Shown: in pieces, positions 62,001-64,000 of the stretch
How the letters are laid out: the number at the start of each line of letters is the position of its first letter
Numbering within the stretch: the first letter of the stretch is position 1
Assembly (NCBI GenBank): GCA_964106915.2
Contig: OZ066914.1
Length of the DNA: 64,000 nucleotides
Origin: Podarcis gaigeae
Lineage: Eukaryota
Strand: one strand, 5' to 3'
Made by a program: the position numbers and the translations under genes
Notes under the pieces: model-generated
Seen by the model: the letters and a program-made list of their open reading frames with translations, nothing else
Database searches by the model: none
Told to the model about the DNA's origin: nothing

Positions 62001-63351
62001 TACCTGTCAATACCATACAAGAGCTTCAAGCAATGCTTTCCCTCTCTGATGTTCCTCCAGCTTTTCATTGAGGATTCTTGCCACAATAACTGTTTTCAAG
62101 TCAGAGTGTTAGCAGCTTGTCTCCATTGTTATATTACAAACAGGGAAAAGAGAAGGACAAATATACTGGTCTTTAAATGGAAGAATTTGATAGCCCAAAC
62201 AGAGAATTTAAGTATATTTAAGGCTACAGAAATCCATGGGGTTCAGCATGCTAAAAACATTCTGTTAGATTGCAGCCAGTGTCTTTTCACATGTCAGACT
62301 TAAACCATAGCTCTACAAGTGGGAACATTCTATAGTCCCTTTTTTGTTTGGCACATAGTCCTTTTCAAATCTACCTTCAGGTAGCATATATAAGAAACAG
62401 GTCTGTCAGTTTTGAACTGTGTGATCAGACAGTCAATAAAATAACAAGCTGGGCTCTCACATGTAAAAAAGAGAATACATTAGGTTATGTGCCACAGTGT
62501 GCAAACATGTAACAATTAGTCCTGTAAGACGTGCAGCAAGCCTTGCATCACAATCCTATGCATGTCTACTCAGAAGTAAGTCCCACTGAGTTCAATAGGG
62601 CTTACTCTGTGGTAAGTGTGTAGAGTGTTACAGCCTGGGTGAGTGTGTACAGGATTATAGGGAGACTTAATTCCAAGTAAACATGCATAGATTGCACTGC
62701 TGCTGTTATAAATAATGTCACTGACAACCCAAAAGCACATATAGCCCATTAAACTATTTTATCCTTCACCCCACCCCTCTGATGAAATATCAATCAAGAT
62801 AGAAAAACATGTTTTTGTGTGCATCCATAAGAGAGAGTCCATGTTTGGTCATGCATTTGGAATGTCCAAAATATGGCCAACTTGTGCTCTGCAAAGTCTC
62901 TATTGCTAGATTGTGCTGAATATATCATATGTAATAGACTCCAGGTTCTGTTCTATAATAGACAGACAGCTACCTGGAGAATAGAGTGACTCTCAACAAT
63001 ACAGAATTTGGGCATCCTCGTCATAGAGGGATACTGTTTTACAGACACAGTGTTAACCCAATCTCTTCCTCCCCCCCCCCGCGCCCCCCCGTACTATCCA
63101 TTTTTGGCAACCTTTGTGCAGGAATTAGGCGAACTTCTGCAGACACGGCTAAGGGAGAGGTGGATTTTACTAGTTTAAACTCACCATACAGAATGACAAA
63201 TTTGACTTACACCGAGGAGGAATTCAACAAACTTATAAACCTGAGTGACTATAACATTCAAAATAACAGGGAACTGATTTTGCAAGCTCTGCAGACAGCA
63301 GTAGAAAGGAGAAAAGCCAACAGGAAACAAAAACAACTACAATCAACATGA
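35768..63351 (+). CDS. PLA2G4B: Cytosolic phospholipase A2 group IV (beta position; C2 plus PLAc catalytic domain), 20 exons, ~806 aa
   Basis: Exons: 35768-35788 (predicted MDILMPK, AAG|GTAAGA), 44685-44757, 45012-45148, 45473-45604, 46457-46497, 47338-47380, 50135-50198, 50851-50978, 51539-51652, 52139-52176, 52612-52747, 53959-54095, 54777-54999, 56074-56191, 57031-57168, 58103-58198, 59484-59678, 60167-60336, 61521-61707, 63122-63351; total 2421 nt, open throughout. C2 motifs ([24 protein letters not shown]), TGGGARAM, catalytic GASGA and [15 protein letters not shown]. Symbol from synteny with JMJD7 and exon count; a D/E/F-like paralogue cannot be excluded. Exon 1 is the least certain part. 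Confidence 0.88.
35955..36440 (+). mobile_element. L1-clade LINE 3' fragment (ORF2 C-terminus, 3' UTR, A-rich tail)
   Basis: ORF 35923-36231 contains PEAFLLGI...[12 protein letters not shown]...EEWIQKL...W, typical of non-mammalian L1 ORF2 ends; AATAAA and A-rich tail near 36419-36440. Confidence 0.8.
38004..38400 (-). repeat. 3' LTR of the Gypsy element
   Basis: 397 bp, preceded on the minus strand by the PPT GGGGGGGAGGTGGA. Confidence 0.97.
38109..42035 (-). CDS. pol: Pol polyprotein (protease-RT-RNase H-integrase-chromodomain plus acidic/basic tail), in the -1 frame relative to gag
   Basis: LLDSGS (PR); [17 protein letters not shown] (RT); TDASD, RELLAI, TDHKNL, ADALSR (RNase H); H-x6-H...CDRC, SIDF, SDRG, AER, GPF (IN); VAGIIDSR...YLVEWEG...NTWVP (chromodomain). 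Uninterrupted 1308-codon ORF. Confidence 0.96.
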   Translation of the reverse strand: MNVPTPEPPRPALVIEVLLELANGHPLKIRALLDSGSSCNFMSKEFAAEHQIQTIPLSKPLQVTTIDGRELLGGEVSQQTVPMIMRVARHTELIAFNVATLGGAPIILGMSWLALHDPLVGWHQRVVSFGSAHCLEHCKEGEAQAGSRATLAGVEVMDKGKVPPQYADLIDVFSEKEADKLPPHRPFDCQITLLPGAQLPVGKLYAMSDSEMQELREFIDKNLKRGFIRESRAVGGSPVFFVDKKHTGKPRLVCDFRSLNAVSEPVTFPMPRIDDILTQVRKGKIFTKLDLRGAYNLIRVRKGDEWKTTMFTPLGAFEYLVMPFGLQGGSACFQSFMNHVLGPLLYKNCVAFLDDVLVYSENEEQHVRDVREVLSKLRENRLWVKLEKCQFHTREVEFLGYRLSDKGLAMDPSKVQAVLEWKTPKTKKDVQRFLGFGNFYRKFIKNFAHLTAPITDCLSSKKKFVWTEEAQRAFERLKQAFASEEQLLHVDLQQPMRVETDASDRAVGAVLLQPGKDTSEWRPCAFFSRKLNKSERNYTVYDRELLAIHEAFRKWRHLLIGAQHKVQVRTDHKNLEYWRTARVLNQRQVRWAQEFSKFHFEIRYVPGSENVRADALSRKPEYLEGEGAPEARHVISEDRWVCGAALVGQRELMEGTENDEYAQEKLRELRRTEENTGGFEEKNGALYYKGALYIPDGELRGRVLKQLHDSPTAGHFGQHKTMWLVTREFWWPKVREDVREYVRGCDRCQRAKGERVAPAGLLQPLPTPERPWEAVSIDFMTDLPKSKGKTAVMVVVDLLTKMCHFIACSHAVTAEETAKLFVEHIFRLHGAPLRVVSDRGKQFTSRFWRKLMSLLQVELNFSTARHPETNGQAERANGILQQYLRCYVKDRENDWVDKLPLAEFAYNNAENVSTGMSPFLANYGCHPRAFPGEGGERWSVPAAEHFFEEMEAIHRQLQLNLERAKEEYKKQADRNRREGEIIRVGDRVWLSTQGLPFKGGSKKLRPKKLGPFEVIQQVNPVAFKLRLPSHMKLHPVFHRSLLSPYREGREWGEREREATQTLVIEERERDMNVAGIIDSRWKGNQVEYLVEWEGEVESENTWVPAEVVNDEILIETFHQRFPRKPQPVARFRREHFGTTDEEGEFEGFPESGVGEEAASDEEEEDGERDGTPWLEVFESSDDEDCSFRGFPPSPPVGEEAGGGEGGPGGEVDVRELPSELEVLDRLQQSRRDSAAEAGTSRGSAGVTAEGRLSDASSENSEEVTRPPLGIPSLRRKLSRRESRKRMSVKQLLCWRKFRRRPLSDSTSD
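42035..43045 (-). CDS. gag: Gag (capsid-like plus CCHC zinc knuckle), 336 aa from the first ATG
   Basis: [56 protein letters not shown]; PEG10/sushi-type gag. Confidence 0.93.
   Translation of the reverse strand: MSEPAGTGAAGAGADPSLEERYRALEVQLALQTARLEERRAQDADKGKTTPLARRVPGLVQKFGGNPRNYQAFRTEMQYALNLLFDDFPDENSRVAYVIGHLEGGARDWVRPLMAANNEILKDTMKFFRAMDLMFSSEIEQGMVRRELMACKQGSRSVREYWTEFTMLIHRLGWNLASEPIQMLFEEGLSPAVKDELSRAPRAESMDQLTKSALSIGARQEARALEKREGKGERWKDFRIPEIPEQPFPPAEPMELGAARARTVSNTSEGRKKEGKSGKRCYLCQQPGHFARVCPQRKEWQGMAGTVGGKEEDEMKEQVKANAWLPTSGHSSQARE
43092..43488 (-). repeat. 5' LTR of the Gypsy element
   Basis: 397 bp, matches 38004-38400. Confidence 0.97.
45728..45767 (+). ncRNA. Minimal type-I hammerhead ribozyme in a Penelope-like element relic
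   Basis: GGUAU-CUGAAGA-A-GUGUG(CAUG)CACAC-GAAA-GCUC-AUACC: 5-bp stem I, conserved core, stem II, palindromic stem III; followed by TTAGTTGGTCTTTAAGGTGCTAC, a tail typical of these repeats. Confidence 0.8.
46600..46894 (+). mobile_element. Penelope-like pseudo-LTR fragment with a hammerhead core (46727-46768), embedded in (TA)n
   Basis: CTGAAGA-T-GACGAG(TGAGAC)CTCGTC-GAAA-CGTC; CCCGTGAAAATCTACGAAAG end; TA microsatellites on both sides. Confidence 0.7.
47014..47046. repeat. (CA)n microsatellite
   Basis: Read directly. Confidence 0.95.
47534..47759. mobile_element. Tc1/mariner MITE, family A
   Basis: TIR CAGTGGTACCTCGGGTTA, TA TSD. Confidence 0.9.
50560..50780 (+). mobile_element. tRNA-derived SINE (MIR/Squam-like)
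   Basis: A box GTGGTATAGCAG, B box GGTTCAAATC, AAAT-rich tail. Confidence 0.65.
53580..53810. mobile_element. Tc1/mariner (Tigger-like) MITE, family B
   Basis: TA-CAGTGGATGCTCGGGT ... ACCTGAGGTATGACTG-TA; internal palindromic GCGCATGCGC and CCCGGAAG/CTTCCGGG. Confidence 0.8.
54272..54521. mobile_element. Tc1/mariner MITE, family C
   Basis: TA-CAGTGGTACCTTGGTTCTCGAAC ... GTTTGAGAACCAACGTACGCCTG-TA. Confidence 0.8.
56265..56720 (+). mobile_element. BovB (RTE) LINE, 5'-truncated 3' fragment
   Basis: [45 protein letters not shown]; 3' end CATGGGGTCACGAAGAGTCGGACACGACT followed by (AAC)n. Confidence 0.95.
57596..57801. mobile_element. hAT-type MITE
   Basis: Perfect 16-bp TIR CAGAGCTTTCCAAACT; 8-bp TSD CTCTAAAT (57588-57595, 57802-57809). 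Confidence 0.9.
58213..58575 (+). mobile_element. Sauria SINE, full length
   Basis: GGGACGCAGGTGGCGCTGTGGGTTAA head, (CCTTTA)n tail, 13-bp TSD TAAGAAGTGGCCT (58200-58212, 58576-58588) overlapping the exon-16 splice donor. Confidence 0.92.
59233..59458. mobile_element. Tc1/mariner MITE, family A (inverted relative to 28806)
   Basis: TIR CAGTGGTACCTCGGGTTA, TA TSD. Confidence 0.9.
59798..59831. repeat. (TATG)n microsatellite
   Basis: Read directly. Confidence 0.95.
60644..60893. mobile_element. hAT-type MITE nested in an older repeat
   Basis: CATAGGTAGGCAAACT ... AGTTTGCTGACCCCTG; 8-bp TSD ATCTAGCT (60636-60643, 60894-60901). Confidence 0.85.
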
Positions 63352-63789
63352 ATCAAATCAGGTGGGATTTTTCAATTCAGTCCCCATTTTCAGTGAAAGG
63401 TGAACCATGGCCTTTCACACTTTGAGATGTATATTATCAGGACCCGCCCTAATTCTGTGATTGTAAGCAGTTTTAAACTGCTTTTAATATTGTATTACAA
63501 ATTGTTGTAATCTGCCCTGGAGATCTCAGGGTGAAGGGTGGGCAAGAAATTAAAATAACAACAGCAAGAAAATTAAAATTGCTTCATTATTCTTATTCTG
63601 AACTTCCACGCATACGTGCTTGTCTTTGGATGAAGTGTCTGCTTCCCCTTAAGTGAAGGGCATGGGGAAGTCGGTTCCTCCAGCACAGAAAGAGGGAATG
63701 TCAGCTGGACCAGCCAATGTAATTTCCTGCAATGACAACATTTTCTGTGTCATTGCACTGTTTTTGCTTAACATATTGTATTCCAGTTA

Positions 63790-64000
63790 CAGTGGTACCT
63801 CGGGTTACATACGCTTCAGGTTACAGACTCCACTAACCCAGAAATAGTACCTTGGGTTAAGAACTTTGCTTCAGGATGAGAACAGAAATTGTGCTCCGGC
63901 GGTGCGGCGGCAGCAGGAGGTCCCATTAGCTAAAGTGGTGCTTCAGGTTAAGAACAGTTTCAGGTTAAGAGCAGACCTCCGGAACGAATTAAGTACTTAA
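63790..64000. mobile_element. Tc1/mariner MITE, family A, cut by the window end
   Basis: TA-CAGTGGTACCTCGGGTTAC; body matches 59233-59458. Confidence 0.88.

Overview
Vertebrate genomic DNA from a squamate, most likely a lacertid lizard (Sauria SINEs, BovB/RTE, CR1, Tc1/mariner and hAT MITEs, Penelope-like relics). Four + strand genes lie in tandem: the last 9 coding exons and a probable ~4 kb 3' UTR of MAPKBP1 (1065-14608); a complete 8-exon JMJD7 (19933-29428, 322 aa); a complete 3-exon type-I acyl-CoA thioesterase (31220-33804, 421 aa, C-terminus -SNL) lying where mammals have JMJD7 directly adjacent to PLA2G4B; and a 20-exon group IV cytosolic phospholipase A2 (PLA2G4B position, about 35768-63351, ~806 aa). 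All exon phases were checked by hand. The predicted first intron of the PLA2 gene holds a nest: a ~1.7 kb L1-type non-autonomous retroposon with an 18-bp TSD, containing an intact, very young Ty3/Gypsy chromovirus (38004-43488, minus strand; 397-bp LTRs identical by eye; GTCCA TSD). The best candidate for a new system is that element's integrase tail. A chromodomain with a degenerate aromatic cage is followed by two tandem acidic F-x-G-F motifs resembling LEDGF-IBD/TND-interacting motifs, which suggests host-factor tethering convergent with HIV. The element also has an H-type frameshift pseudoknot behind a non-canonical slippery site, Tf1-like self-priming, and a pol ORF running 292 nt into the 3' LTR. 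Other findings: two sense-strand minimal hammerhead ribozymes flanking PLA2G4 exon 5, and several local 40-128 bp direct duplications.
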